DNA from: Negaprion brevirostris
Lineage: Eukaryota
DNA: 64,000 bases
NCBI GenBank assembly: GCA_030324005.1
Contig: JARDVH010000115.1
Location: 19,494,176 to 19,558,175, forward strand
Direction of reading: 5' to 3'
The notes below the pieces were generated by a model. That model was not told the DNA's origin, did not search any database, and saw only the letters and a program-made list of their open reading frames with translations. The position numbers were made by a program, and so were the translations under genes. Shown piece by piece: positions 36,911 to 51,649 of the stretch; the stretch's first letter is position 1, and each line of letters begins with the position of its first letter.

Positions 36911-38901
36911 ATCCAAATTTGCAACCCTTTGTTATTGACATTGTGGAAATTTTCCATTATAATATATCGTGTGTGAATATTATACTGTGGGAAGTGCTGT
37001 CTGTTGGAGGAAATGTTAAACCATGGTCAACCTGGTCCCCCTCAATTAGACATCGAGACCCATAGCATGATTTGAAAATGCGCAGTGGCTTTCTCACCAC
37101 CAAGAAACAGATTGTCTGGTCATGATCACATTGCTGTTGATGGGTTCTCACTCCGCAAAAAATTGGCTATCATGACACTCCTTGTCCAGATTCCAGGATG
37201 TTGGGGGAAGGTCTGGTTAGAAACCAATACTATTTTGTTCAATGTAGATAAAGGGGAAGATTGAAGACACGTGGTTTTGCAATAAAGCCAAAAGATTCCA
37301 CAGATTTTGAACAAGAAAAAACAAAATTTACTACACAAGTTCAGAAAGATAAAACAGTTTACAGTATGTGTCATATTCTTAAAGTTCAGAATAAAGATGA
37401 ATTACTTTTTTTAATTAAATCAAGGGCTGTGGGCATCGCTGGCTAGACCAGCATTTATTGCCCATCCCTAATTGCCCTTGAGAAGGCAATGGTGAGCAGC
37501 TTCCTTGAACCTTTGCAGTGTATGTGGTGTAGGTACACTCATAGTGCTATTAGGAAAGGAATTCCAGCATTTTGACTCAGTGAAACTGAAGGTATGTCAA
37601 TATATTTCCAAGTCAGGGTGATGAATGGCTCGGAAGGGAACTTCCAGGTGGTGTTCTCATGTATCTCCAGCCATTGTCTTTCTAGATGACAGTGATCATG
37701 GGCTTGGAAGTTACTGTCTAAGGAACCTTGGCGCGTTGCTGCATTGCATCTTAAAGAAGGCACACATTGCTGCGACTGAGCATTGTTTGGAGGAGAGAAT
37801 GAATGCTTGTGGGTGGGGCGCGAATCAGGCAGACTGCTGTGTTCTGGATAGTGTTAAGCTTCTTGAGTGTTGTAGGTGCTGCACTTATCCAGGTGACTGG
37901 AGAATATTCCATCACACTCCTGACATGTGCCTTTTAAATTGTGGAGAGTTTTAAGTGGAGTCAGGAGCTGAGTTACTCACCACGGTGCATAACCTCTGAA
38001 CTGCTCTTATAACCATAGGATCTATAGGCTCACCTAATTCAGTTTCTGGTTAATGGTAACCCCCAGGATATTTAATTCATATATTGATATGTAAGTTAAC
38101 AGATGATCTGTGGTCGAACACACAGCACTATAGAATAAATGACAAGTGAAACCAAGACAGAGTCTGTGGATTTCTCAGGAACCCACCTAGACATCAGTAA
38201 ACACGATGTCAAACAATCCCATTGAATTTCTGTCTCATGAAGAATTCCCAGCTCCAGTTTCAAACATATCTGCATGGATCTTCTTCTTCTGCCTCCTGAC
38301 TCTCCCAGAACTGACTGCCTTCCAACTGTTGTTGTCTTACCCTTGAACTGATCTGGGGATCTAACAAATCAGTCCCTAAGGGTCCCATTTCTGTTACTTG
38401 GCAGGAACCAATGTGACAATCTTTGGAACATCCAATGTTACAATCTCCACAGACTGCCAGTTTAGCACCCAGGGACACAAAGATCTGTGGATTTCACAAC
38501 TCTATCATATTTCCTACTTAACAAGAATCACTATGTATTACTTGATTAGGAATCAATCAAGGTACTGTACAAATTTGTTAAAGGTACTATACAAATTTAT
38601 TTATTCATACAAGCATAATTTGTTCATTTATAAGCATCTCTTGTTGTTATCCCTTGTACTCCATTTTAGTAAGACGTAATTTTACATTCAGTGCATCTTT
38701 GTTCCTGCTTTTAGAATTTTTAATATATTAAGGGTTTGTATTGTGGTTAAAACATATTCAATACAATTGACTCTGCTATCTGGCATGCAATTCAGAAGTA
38801 CTGAATTATCCATGAAGGCACAATAATCTAATGCTAACGCATCAAGCCTTGATCAGAATACGTGATAAACACAGCATTAGTAAGAAATTTATCATGTGCT
38901 T

Positions 38902-39220
38902 CATAGAATCATAGAATCCCCACAGTGCAGAAGGAGGCCATTTGGCCCATCGAGTCTGCACCGACCACAATCCCACCCAGGCCCCATCCTCATAACCCCA
39001 CATGTTTATCCTGTTAATCCCCTAACACTAAGGTATTTTAGCGTGGCCAATCAACCTAACCTGCACATCTTTGGACTGTAGGAGGAAATCAGAACACCCA
39101 ATGGAAACTCATGCAGACACAGGGAGAATGTGCAAACTCCTTACAGACAGTGACTTAAGGCCGGAATAGAACCCAGGTCCCTAAAGCTCTGAGGCAGCAG
39201 TGCTAACCACTGTGCCACCC
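38902..39220 (-). mobile_element. HE1/V-SINE (UNC79 intron)
   Basis: Full-length match on minus strand. Confidence 0.88.
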
Positions 39221-40139
39221 TGATTTACTACATGGTACAAGAGTATATTTAAACAGACAAATCCTAATGCGGAGAGTGTGTAGAATTCTGATGTTGGACA
39301 AGCAACAGTGTCACTGAGATTAACGTCATGAAAGCTGCTGACAGGATGTTTCTACCCTATTGCGAATGACGTTCCTATAACTTGCACACTGGGAATTAAG
39401 CCAACGCTTCTCAAATATCCCCATCAACAGGAGAAAGTGCAAAACCTTGAACTTCACATCACTCCGGCTACTAACATTAGTGCTCATTGTAAGCATTAGA
39501 CTGAGAAAGGGCCAGAACAGAGAATAGGCTGACAGCAGCCCCACTCTGGGCCAAGTCTACTTTTTGCTGGCAGACACCAACGCAAACCTTCACACTCTTA
39601 AAACAAGCAGACCCACTTGCTGCTCCTCCCTGCAACATCAAACAAATAATGCCTAGAATGGCCAGCCTGCCCCTCATTTAGCTTCGTTATAGGGCCAATC
39701 ATCTTTCAAGTATTTACTTGAGCCCCTTCGAGCTCTCCTTGTTCAGTGTTGCATGGGAGACACCTTACCTTTACAAAGTAAGGAACTTGAGTGCAAGTTG
39801 GTTACTGCCTAAAAGGCTTAGGGGATGCCTTAGTATGTGAATACAGGATTGTACTGGAGTTTTACAATAAAAGCTGAAGTAATGTAATTGACCAACACAA
39901 AATATGAACCAGCTTCATGCAGCTTGTACAGATAAAATTATTCAGTCTGTTGAGGCACTGGCTTGCAGAATTATCCTGAGCTGAGAAGGATTCACAATTG
40001 ATGAGATATGGATCTGCCAAATGTGCCATAGATTGCTGATTTATTTCTGAACGTTGTGTTGTGTTTGAACAACCTTAGCTGTAAAGATGCAATTTAAAAG
40101 ATACGGTTGATGCTAGATATTCCTAGTACATAGCATTTT

Positions 40140-40640
40140 GTAGGATGTAGGATGTGGAAGCTGTTGAGAGGGTGCAGAGGAGATTTGCAAGGATGTTGCC
40201 TGGATTGGGAGGCATGCCTTCGGTTGAGGGAGCTAGGTCTCTTCTCCCTGGAGAGACGAAGGTTGAGAGGCAATCTGATAGAGGTTTATAAAATGTTGCG
40301 AGGTTTAGGTAGGGTGAATTCTCGGACGCTATTTCCTAGGGCTGAAATGGTCGTTACGAGAGGACACTGGTTTAAGGTGCTGGGGAGCAGGTACAGAGGA
40401 GATGTCAGGGGTAAGTTTTTCACCCAGAGGGTGGTGAGTGAGTGGAATCGGCTGCCGTCAGTGGTGGTAGAGGCGAACTCGCTGGGGTCTTTTAAAAGAC
40501 TNNNNNNNNNNNNNNNNNNNNNNNNNNNNNNNNNNNNNNNNNNNNNNNNNNNNNNNNNNNNNNNNNNNNNNNNNNNNNNNNNNNNNNNNNNNNNNNNNNN
40601 NCGATGGGCCAAATGGTCTCCTTCTGCACTACAGGGATTC
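40140..40640 (+). mobile_element. CR1/HER1-like LINE 3' fragment
   Basis: ORF 40152..40694 LRELGLFSLERRRLRGNLIEVYK...FFTQRVVSEWNRLP. Confidence 0.9.
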
Positions 40641-40897
40641 GGTAACATGCCAAATTTGGAATTTGATGCTCTCCAATCTGCTGAATCTTTGTGATCACCT
40701 TTTCTGAAGGGCAGCAGCAAGCACTGTTCCTTCACTCTGGTGTCAAGTCCAGCAGAATGTAACTTTTAGAATATTGTGGTAACGCTGTGTAAAATGCTAT
40801 GACTGCATTATTTTGCTTGTAGAAAGTGATAGCTTTGACTTCTAGAAACAAAGTATACATTCATATGACAACATAGTGCTACAGTCCACCACATCAC

Positions 40898-41073
40898 CCT
40901 TGTTGCATGGCAGAGGGAGGATGATACAGCCATGGCAAGTAGCGAGCGACTGCTTTATTATCACGGTGGTTTCCTCTGGTAATTTCCATTGCTGCTATCT
41001 GCGCTAATCCCACTTTAAGGTGCCCGCCAAATGTATCTTCATGCAAAGGTTGAGAACAAGTCTTCATGTGACC
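40898..41073 (-). CDS. UNC79: UNC79 exon (GHMKTCSQPLHEDTFGGHLKVGLAQIAAMEITRGNHRDNKAVARYLPWLYHPPSAMQQG)
   Basis: cctttccag acceptor, gtgatg donor; 176 nt, phase 0 to 2. Confidence 0.95.
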
Positions 41074-41609
41074 CTGGAAAGGTAAGATAATGCAACTTAC
41101 ATTAGATCACAAATAATTAAACTTGCTGTAACTGATCTCAATGCTCCTGGACTATGGGAATAATGAGGGTGTCTTAAGGCTGGGCACTAGATGAGGAATC
41201 AGCCAGGATTCACTTCCCCTTAAATCTTTGTTACACTGTTGTGGTTCACCCCGTGCCTGCAATTTAACAGACTGCTCTTGTGAACATTTCAGGCAGTCTG
41301 AGTAAAAGATTAGGTGGTTTCCCTACCACAGCAAAACATTTCCCACTAAGGCTAAATTAGCCACTCCACACATTCAATTCTTCCCCACCCTGACTGTATC
41401 AAAGCCTGGCTCAGTAGCACTATTGGTGTTGGCGACACTGGAGCTCGGAGCAGATGGTTCATCTGCTTCCAGCTACCGTGCTTTTAAGTACACTACAACA
41501 CTTTCCTGAGCTTGAAGCATGCAGAGTGAGAAGACCATGATCTTACTCAGCATCTAATGCTGATTTGGTACCCGATATGCCATTTTGGATCTCGTCAATC
41601 TTGTAAACA

Positions 41610-42278
41610 CTGAGTATGTCTACATCAATGGAGGCGAAGTAGAAAGGGTCAATAGCTTTAAGTTTTTAGGGGTCCAGATCACAAACAACCTGTCCTGGTC
41701 CCCATGCCAACACTATAGTTAAGAAAGCCCCCAATGCCTCTATTTTCTCGGAAGACAAAGAAAATTTGGCATGTCAGCTACGACTCTCACCAACTTTTAC
41801 AGATGCACCATACAAAGCATTCCTTCTGGAGTATCACAGCTTGGTATGGCTCCCGCTCTGCCCAGGACTGCAAGGAACTACAATAGGTTGTGAATGTAGC
41901 CCAATCCATCACGCAAACCAGCCTCGCATCCACTGGACTCTGCCTATACATCCCGCTGGCTCAGCAAAGCAGCCAGCACAATTAAGGACCCCATATTCTC
42001 TCTTCCACCTTCTTCCTTCAGGAAAAAAGTACAAAAGTCTAAGGTCACATACCAACCACCTCAAGAACAGCTTCTTCCCTGCTGCTGTCAGACTTTTGAA
42101 TGGACTTACTTTGTATTAAATTGATCTTTCTCTACACCCTAGCTATGACTGTAACACTACATTCTACACTCTCTTTTCTCCTTCTCTATGAACGGTATGT
42201 TTTTGTTTGTATAGAGCGCAAGAAACAATACTTTTCACTGTATGTTAATAGATGTGACAATAATAAATCAAATCAAAA
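41610..42278 (+). mobile_element. Rex1/Babar-like LINE 3' fragment; tail copy at ~15005-15150
   Basis: YINGGEVERVNSFKFLGVQITNNLSW...NSFFPAAVRLLN; aataaatcaaatcaaa tail. Confidence 0.75.
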
Positions 42279-43429
42279 CACATTCAGTGCATGAGGAACC
42301 ACTCATGGCCCAGGCCCCAACTAACACTTTTAAAGATATCAGCTTAGGATTTTTAGATGAGGTGCTTTTGACTTTCTTTTGCTGTGGCAGAGGAAGTGCA
42401 GATATTGTGTAACTTGCTGTCAGAGGAATTCTGAAAAGTTGTTGGAGTCACTAGTGAGAGGTGCAGAACTATTCCAAGGAGTTTAGTGAAGCTTAAAGGC
42501 CTACAAGTGGAAAGGTTGCCATCACTCATCAGGACTACTGTTGCACCCCCTCTTAGTCTGCAGCACCATATGGAGGAGAAGAAGATTCTCAACAGAAAAT
42601 TAAACCTAACTAGAATATTCAAAGAGCACTTTTCTGACTTCTTCTTCAGCCAAGTGCAGTAATTGAGGTAGGTACAGTTCACCAAGGAGACAGTCACTGA
42701 AATGTGCCTCTTCCTCCAAGACGCTTGCAGCAGAGAGTAAGTAGGCATGCATTCCCTTAGTGCTTATTTTGCAACTGTCTTTGCCTGTCCGAGTGCACCT
42801 AACACAGTGCTACCCCAGAGGCTGCAACATGAATGGTGGAAAAATGCAAACTATCAATGTAGCAGACTACAGATGGTCTTGGGGGACAACCTGGAACAGC
42901 TCAGGTCCTAGAAAACCTGGCTTGAAATTCACCACCTTAGCACAGGTAGTAGCAGTCTGGCCTGACTGGTGTGCAACAGCAAGGGTAATGGTGGACTGAT
43001 AATGGTGGAAGCATGAATGCTGTCCTCCTGAGAGAGGACAGCAAGTTCATGGTTCAAAGCTACTAGCACTCTCTAGTGGAGGTGCCTCAGAAATCCGAGT
43101 AATCAGAGTGTTGAGTTCCTGAGGGAAGGACGCATCTGCAGACATGGTGACAGCAATCTGAGCCTGCATGGTACCAAGCTGGACTTGCACACCAACAAGT
43201 AAGGATCATATGGCCTTAGTTTGAATGTCCACTGCAGCAGTGAGACATTGTATGGCTTCTGCTTGTGCTGCAATGGAAGCTGAACCACTGCACAGCTGCA
43301 TGTGAGGGTGAGGTGAAGCATCTGACTGTAAGGCATGAGACCTGGCTGCCTAATGGTGAATGGTGGGGACATGGTGCATTGTGTGGGGTTGCTGGTGAGG
43401 GTGTCTGAATTTGACAATTGAAGGTGCAT

Positions 43430-43650
43430 TCATCCAACTAAGGTCATTAAACATGTTGGGCACTGCAGCTAGGTCCTTGGAATCAGATTCCTTGCATTGA
43501 CTTCCGTGGATACATATTTCCATTCCCTTCACAGTTTGTGCCTTAATGGCTCCCTATATAAACATGACCTTTACCCTCTTTTCCATTTCCTGGACTAAGG
43601 CCTCCAGCACTGCATCAAGCAGAGAACCTGGGAGCCCATCTCTCTGACCT
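43430..43650 (-). mobile_element. Decayed Myb/SANT-like ORF of a PIF/Harbinger-type DNA transposon
   Basis: APRFS..AVLEALVQE...EWKYVSTEVNARNLIPRT.LQC..FNDL read across frameshifts. Confidence 0.55.
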
Positions 43651-44664
43651 GGTAAACTGGAGCTGTTAATGAAAGCTAACCATCATTCAAATTAGCTCCC
43701 ATTGCATGTCCTTGCTTCAGGAATGGCACTGACAAAGTACATAACTGTTCTGTATAAAATAAGCTTGTTGCTTTGTTGGAGAAACTGGGTGCCTGAAATA
43801 GATTTTTAAAGGCATGGTAAGTAAGTTCTTTTTTTGCATTTCCTAGCCCCTACGAAATGCTTCATTGGTAATCCTATTCTCTTTGTGAATGGAAAACAGC
43901 TCCACCAGCAACTGTGGCTCGAATGTCCCTACCCTCTAAGAGGTGGAGGCTTCCCTTAAGAAGAGCAGGCTGACTGTGATTTGTGTTAGACACACACANN
44001 NNNNNNNNNNNNNNNNNNNNNNNNNNNNNNNNNNNNNNNNNNNNNNNNNNNNNNNNNNNNNNNNNNNNNNNNNNNNNNNNNNNNNNNNNNNNNNNNNNNN
44101 NNNNNNNNNNNNNNNNNNNNNNNNNNNNNNNNNNNNNNNNNNNNNNNNNNNNNNNNNNNNNNNNNNNNNNNNNNNNNNNNNNNNNNNNNNNNNNNNNNNN
44201 NNNNNNNNNNNNNNNNNNNNNNNNNNNNNNNNNNNNNNNNNNNNNNNNNNNCTGTGCCTTTAAAAGCCACCCAGTTTCTCCACTGAGGCAATAAGCCTAC
44301 ATTATATAGAACACTTATGTACTTTGCTGGAACACTTCCTGAAGCAAGGGCAGGCAGTCGGAGCTAATTTGAAAGATGGTTTGATTTCATTGACGGCTCC
44401 AGTTTACCAGTCATTGTCTTCTCCACACTCCAGAACACATTTCTGATCATTTGACACAACACAGTATATGGAAATTTTAATACAGAAGTGGAACCTTTGA
44501 CCCATCCAGTCAGTAGGTCGGCAGGGCCCGAAGATCCCGTCGGCAAGAACCACCGAAAAGTTCAGGCCAAGGTGAGAGGCCTAATTTTCCAACCCATTCC
44601 TTCTGCATCACAATGGAGCTTCAAAAACACGAGAGCCAAAACACAATTTTCAGCATACACGTAC

Positions 44665-44754
44665 CTTCAATTTGGACAGCGTGTGCATATCAGCTATAAA
44701 GTCCAGCAGTTCATTTACATACTGTCGCATGCACTCCATTGCTGAGGTTGTATA
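44665..44754 (-). CDS. UNC79: UNC79 exon (YTTSAMECMRQYVNELLDFIADMHTLSKLK)
   Basis: ctcttgcag acceptor, gtacgt donor; 90 nt, phase 0. Confidence 0.94.
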
Positions 44755-47029
44755 CTGCAAGAGTTAATGAAGAGATATACATCAATGCAGGCTACATGAA
44801 TAGCTTATTTTATACAATGCGAGACTGATGTTTCTGCAGTGCTTGTGTTAATTAATTTATTGCTTAAGTCTTAGTTTCATTTTACAGTTGAACATATATG
44901 TTTCAAGCTGTAGCAGGCTTGTTTCAAATTAAACAACTACAATGAGAAATGTGATATAGATTACTGCATACGAATAGAAAATATCTACCTCTAATTTGTA
45001 ATCTGTAATATTCTATATGTATGCTTAAGAGCATTTCCTACACTCAAAACAGTTTTCTAATTCAATGCTTATCAGTTTAGCTGGTCTAAAATAATAAAAA
45101 TACATCTTATCGCTGTCAATACTGCTTCACCCCACTGTGGCATAATGGGGAGATTGCTGCACTGTCAGAGGTGCTATCTTTCACAGGAGACATTAAACTG
45201 ACACTCTAAGGTGGCTGCAAAATATTCCTTGATTCTATTCAAGAAGAAACAAGTGAGTATTCCTGGTGTCCTGGTCAACATTTATCTTTGAATTGGCATC
45301 AACAAAGCACATTATTAGGACAGTAATACCTTGGTTGTTTATGGAACCACGCTGTGTACAAATGAGCTGTCACATTTCTTCACATTACATCAGTGATTGT
45401 ATGTCATTTGCTGAAAAGCAATATGGCACGTCCAAAAGGTGCCATAAATTTGCATGCTATGTTTTCTTTCTGCTCCTTCACTACAGTGCAACAAACAGCC
45501 TCCTTTAACTTGAGGTGGAAGCATTTACACGAGAACTCTCCATGCCAATCATCAAGGTCATTACACATCAGCTGACAGATTGATATATCCAGCAAGACAG
45601 GCTTGCAACAAGCCACTCCTGCAGCTGCCAAGCTCAGACTGTCAGCATTAAAGGACGGCAAGACTCAGGTTTCGGTCAAAATTAGGTATTAAAATCACGA
45701 TTTCTGAAATGGAAGCCAAATCATTTGAGGAACTAAATCTAAAATCATTGCACCCAGTTTAGTGCAATATAAAACATACAATGACCATACTATCATTTTA
45801 AGAAATTAGTTTTGTTGCTCACTTAATAAACTGGAAATTTTTGATATATACATTTTGAAACGTATATCAATAATACATTGCTACCACACCATTTAATACA
45901 ATGACAAACACAGTCCAGTAGTTATGCATTGTCTCTGGTATAACATAAAGGACCATTACCATCTAGATCAAACAATAATATATATCTATATTGTGCTGCC
46001 ATCATATTTTGTAATGGTTAGGTAAATTGCTCTGATCTTGTGACTCATACATTTAAGTTCTTGAAGTATGCCAAGCATATCTTTTAATTAGTGTTTAATA
46101 AAGAAAACCACAGAATGAAATGCACCATCCCAAAAATATTATTCCTCTGTCACATAACAATATCAGGAATATTATTTTTACAAATTCTGTAACCTTCCCT
46201 TACTCTCTACTCTCTTCTCTTCCAAAAAACCAACTGGCTGAAGTTTTTATTCAACAGCATTACATCGACTGGCTCAACAAACAATACTTGAATATAGAAG
46301 TCTCATGCATTAAAATGTCCAAATCATTTATGCAACAGCCTTATTTCAAGATAAGTACTATGTAAGCATAAACTGTTGAAAAATGGATTAGTTGACTGCA
46401 TACGTGTTAATCCCAGTAAGAGCCAGTGAAATAAATTGAGAACAACTGCAGTGCAAATCATGAGATATGACATACGCATAGGTGCAAATTACATTGAATA
46501 AACACAATTCAGTTTAAAATATGCTATTCAACATGGACCTACTATTGCCACCCTTGTTATCATGACAATTGTTGCTGGTAAAACAAATCCAAAGAAGCAA
46601 AACTAACTGTTCAAGCTTTAAGTGCATGCATAATACAGAATTGTACAATTAGAGAAAAGTTACAACAAGGCCACTGCCTGGACATGTTTAGCCCCCTCTC
46701 CCCCAGGAGCAATACTCACCTTTATGACCCTGGAGTGATCACTTCGATAAGTTCACGTTTGGGTGAGGTTTGAAATTGTGGTGAAGGGTCAATATCTGGT
46801 GACGGAGTTGGTTAATAATATTGAGGTATATTCAAATGTATTGAAATCTGGTTCATGCCCATTATAGGTGTTAACCTGATTACATTGCCAGCAAGGGGTG
46901 GTGGAATTCAGAAATTGTGACTTTGCCAGTGAGATTTGCAATATCTGGGTCTCACCCCGACCGCCATTCCCACAGATAGTGAGAGTGGGCTTGAGATCCC
47001 ACCTGATATCCTTATTTACTCTATCTAGG

Positions 47030-49135
47030 CCATCTTATTTCTTTTTTTAGGTCACTCCCATAAGTTTATATGTCACTTCTCAGTCTCCCCTGCTCCAAGG
47101 AAAACAGCCCAAGCCAATCCAATCTTTTGTCATTGTTAAAATTCTCCAGTCTTGGCAACATTCTCATAAATCTCTGCATCCTCTGCAGTGCAATCACATC
47201 TTTCCTGTAATGTGGTGGTCAGAACTGTAGGGAGTATTCAATCTGTGGTCAAAATGAGTGACATACACAATTCTAGCATAATCTTGTTACTCTTATAGTC
47301 TATTCCTCAGCTAATGAAGAAAAGCATACCATACACTTTCTCTGCCAGCTGATCGAACTGTCCTGCTACCTTTAGTATTTGCAGACTTACACTCCTAGAT
47401 CCCTTTCTTCTTCCATATTACTCAGTATCCTCCCATTTATTGTATAATCTTTTCCCTTGTTGCGCCTCCCAAAATGCATTACATCACTCTTCTCTACATT
47501 GAATTCCAGTTTTCAATTTTCTGCCCAACTGACCAGGCCATCTATATTGTAAAGAAAAGCTGATCGATTCTGCCTCACCCTCTCTTTTGCCTTGTATTAT
47601 TTTGTCTTTTTTGTTGCTTATTATTTATGTTTTAATCTGAACCCCGTATCAAATAGCTTGCTTCAATACTGTCTAAGGCACCAAGGTCTTCCAATGTTTC
47701 TTTGTTTTAAATGAAAAGAAGTTTGTGATCAGGACTTTTATAGCTTTCATCCAGAATACCATCTTATTCTCACACAATCTATCTTCCATATTACACATGG
47801 AAATGCCAGATACAAAGATGATAGTAATGTCAATTTTATAAACANNNNNNNNNNNNNNNNNNNNNNNNNNNNNNNNNNNNNNNNCTTTGGTCCAACATGT
47901 GTCATTGGCCATCAAACACCTATCTTTCTCATCCTATTTTCTAGCACTTAGTCCATAGCCTTGAATGCTATGGCATTTCAAGAACTTATCTAAATGCTTC
48001 TTAAATGTTGTGGAGGTTCCTCTGCCATCCTTTCAAGGGATGAGTTCAAAATTCCCAGCAGCCACTGGGTGAACAAGTTTTTCCTCAAATCCCCTCTAAG
48101 TCTTCTACTTCTTACATTCAACCTATACCCCCTGGTTATTGACTCCTCCATTAAGGGGAAAAGTTTGTTTCAATCTACTTTATCTATGTCCCTCATAATT
48201 CCCCCCCACCCATACCGCCGGCCCTGCCTACTTCAGCCTTCTCTGCTCCAAAGAAAACAACTCTAGCCTATCCAGCTTCTCTTCAAAGCTGAAGCACTTC
48301 AGCTGAGGCAACGTCCTGGTGAATCTCCTCTGCAACCTTTCTTGTGCAATCACATCCTTCTAATAGTGTGGCGACAAGAACTACACACAGCACTCCAGCT
48401 TTGGCCCAAAAAATGTTTTATACAGCTCCATCATAACCTCATTGCTCTTATATTCTATGCCTTGGCTAATAAAGGCAAATATCCCATATGTCTTCTTAAC
48501 CATCTTAGCTACCTGTCTTGCTACCTTCAGGGGTCTTTGAACATATAACCAAAGGTCCTTCTGGTCCTCTGTACTTCCTAGCATCCTACCATTCATTGTA
48601 TATTCCCTTGCCTTGTTAGTTCTCCCAAAATGCATCACCTCACACTTTTCAGGGTTAAATTCTATCTGCCACTGTTCTGCCCAATAATGTTATCCGGCAA
48701 TCCCAAGGCGTTCCTCCTTGCTATTTACCATACCATCAATTTTCATGTCATCTGTGAACTTACTGATCATAACCCCCCACATTCACAACCAGGAAATGAA
48801 TGTACACTATAAACAGCACTATAAACTGATCCTGTGGTATGCCACTGGACACAGGCTTCCAGTCACAAAAACAACCTTTGACCATTACCATCTGCCTCCT
48901 GCCACGAAGCCAATTTTGGATCCAATTTGCCAAATTACCCTAGATCCCATGGGTTCTTGTCTTCTTGATCAGTCTCCCATGTGGGACCTTGTCAAAAGTC
49001 TGACTGAAGACCATGAAGACTACATCAACTGTAATGTCCTTATCTACACACCTAGCCACTTCCTTGAAAAATTCAATCAAATTTGTTAGACATGATCTTG
49101 TCTTGACAAAGCCATGCTGACTGTCCTTCATTAAT
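47030..49135 (-). mobile_element. Two CR1-like LINE fragments (~47030-47545 and ~47885-49135)
   Basis: SQHGFVKTRSCLTNLIEFF...FDKVPHGRL; MHFGRTNKAREYTMNG. Confidence 0.85.
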
Positions 49136-51364
49136 CCTTATAACAGTTAATTTATTAATTTATAAAACATATCTGTTTTTATGACTTCATATCAAGTATG
49201 TACGTAAGTGTTAATTTAACCTTGTTCTTTGAAGCTCACCAGCTGCTGCAGTTTTTCAAAAGGCCAGCTATGTCACTTCTGTTGACAAAGTGCTAAGGAA
49301 AAGTTGGCAGCCCCAATGCTAAAACTGTACTTGTTTCTCAGATGAGTCGGCAGTGAATTAAGATTGTATGCCAGTGGCTGTCAGCAGGTGAGTTATACAG
49401 CCTTATCCAAAATGTCATGATATTCAAGTGTGACTATATTTCTCAAACAATTACTTCAGTGACATTAAGCACATAATCTAAGACACATGCAACAAGATGT
49501 ATTGGCTAAGGAGATTAACTAGATAGATTGTTGTGACTGATTAATAATTCTTTAATTGGAATAAATCTTTATGGATTTCACTTCTGCATGCTTTATTTCT
49601 CTTCACATGTCTTTATTGCTGAAACTGGATCATAATCTAGTTTCAACAAATAAAATATGCATGATTCAAGTCCTAACATTATAATTTTAGAAGGTTTTAA
49701 GATTTGGGGTGGAATTTTCCTAAGCCACCTGCATAGTAGGCGGGACAGAACCATGCAAAAGTCCATTGACTTTGGGCAGGATTTTCTGGTCCTGGGGTGA
49801 GTGCTGCTGGAAAATCTTGTCCTTCGTTTTTTTAAATTGATTCCACCAAATCAATTGAGTGGCAGAGATGGATAGTGGTTTCAAAATTTAATTCAACATC
49901 TGTTGTAATGTCATGACATATAAATGTTCTTTTTAAATATAAAACAGGTTGCTGAATAGTCTTGATCTTGATTTAACAGGGAGAGATCATTCTGGTGCCA
50001 GATCTTCCTGCAGTTTAACCTGGAGCTGATATAGAAATATAGAAAATAGAAGCACTGTGGGCCATTTGGCCCTTCAAGACTGCTCTGCTATTCATTTTGA
50101 TCATGGCTGATTAACAAATCCAATATCCTGATCCCACCTCCACCCCCCATATCCCTTTACCCCTTTAACCCCAAGAGCTGTATCTAATTTCTTCTTGAAA
50201 GTGAAAGTGATACTGCCATCCCATGCTTTCAACAGGGATCTGTGCCAGAGGGTGAGCACACAACCGCAATAGCCATGCAGCACAGAAACATCAACTTCTT
50301 GTGAGTGCAGGAGTTTGTATGAATCTTTCCCTACACTGGGCAGGGGGAGGGAGTGTCAGCCAGTGAGACCCTCAACATGGTGTGGCAATCTTAGTCCCAG
50401 AAATGGCCACCGCTCCCAGGGGCTGGTTGTTCTCCAAGATGGGATTCTGGCTAAGAGAGGTGCACATGCTCTCCCGTCAACCACTTAATGCTGCTTCTAG
50501 TGTTAAGTGGCCACTGTGCAGCCATTACGAAAGTTGGCTAGCTCCCTCTCTGACATTTTAGCTGGTGAAGTTGGGGAAAGTGGTGCCTCGTTAAATCCAG
50601 TCTGGTATGTAATATGGGAAACTGGAGGATAAAATGAAATCGAAACAGTGGTCTTCCTTAACTTGCTGAACTTTCACATTCAAGTGCAGGTTTTGACTAT
50701 AACAAGAATCATAGGGGTTCTTACATAAAGAACACAAGGTTAAATTAATGAAAGTTTTTTTTTAAAATTTGACAAAGCAAAAATCCATAGAAGAGCAAAT
50801 TTAAAATATCTATTTCATTATCGAGGTCTTTNNNNNNNNNNNNNNNNNNNNNNNNNNNNNNNNNNNNNNNNNNNNNNNNNNNNNNNNNNNNNNNNNNNNN
50901 NNNNNNNNNNNNNNNNNNNNNNNNNNNNNNNNNNNNNNNNNNNNNNNNNNNNNNNNNNNNNNNNNNNNNNNNNNNNNNNNNNNNNNNNNNNNNNNNNNNN
51001 NNNNNNNNNNNNNNNNNNNNNNNNNNNNNNNNNNNNNNNNNNNNNNNNNNNNNNNNNNNNNNNNNNNNNNNNNNNNNNNNNNNNNNNNNNNNNNNNNNNN
51101 NNNNNNNNNNNNNNNNNNNNNNNNNNNNNNNNNNNNNNNNNNNNNNNNNNNNNNNNNNNNNNNNNNNNNNNNNNNNNNNNNNNNNNNNNNNNNNNNNNNN
51201 NNNNNNNNNNNNNNNNCAAAACTCCAGAATTGTAGGAAATTGCAAGGTGCTGTACGCATTTCAGAATTGATAGAAATTCTATTCAATATTATATATGTTA
51301 TACATAATATGAAAATTGTCTGGAACATTTTGAATGAAACATTATGGTTGGGTCCAATACTTAC

Positions 51365-51442
51365 TCCAGGAACAGATGCAATCATGTGTTTCTGTAGAAT
51401 TGTTGATTCAGCTATTCTTGTTCCCGCATCTGCACAAACAAA
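51365..51442 (-). CDS. UNC79: UNC79 exon (FVCADAGTRIAESTILQKHMIASVPG)
   Basis: ttcttactag acceptor, gtaagt donor; 78 nt, phase 0. Confidence 0.94.
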
Positions 51443-51649
51443 CTAGTAAGAACAAGAGAGAGATCCAATAGTTTTCACATCAGCCTTCAAACTGTTTATT
51501 GGTACATTCCCATTATTATGTAACTGCAAATGTCAGTAAATATATATCACTCCTGCACAAGGTAGTCACTTACTCATTCTAGTCACTGCTCCATGATTTC
51601 TGCAATTTTACTTGAATTTCTTTCTCTTTAACCAGGAAAGACATCTTAT

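Noticed and set aside
39326-39677. Possible Harbinger transposase remnant
   Set aside because: Resemblance too weak to support without a profile search
46714-46760. AAG|gtgagt donor-like site in a UNC79 intron
   Set aside because: No matching acceptor or UNC79-like peptide
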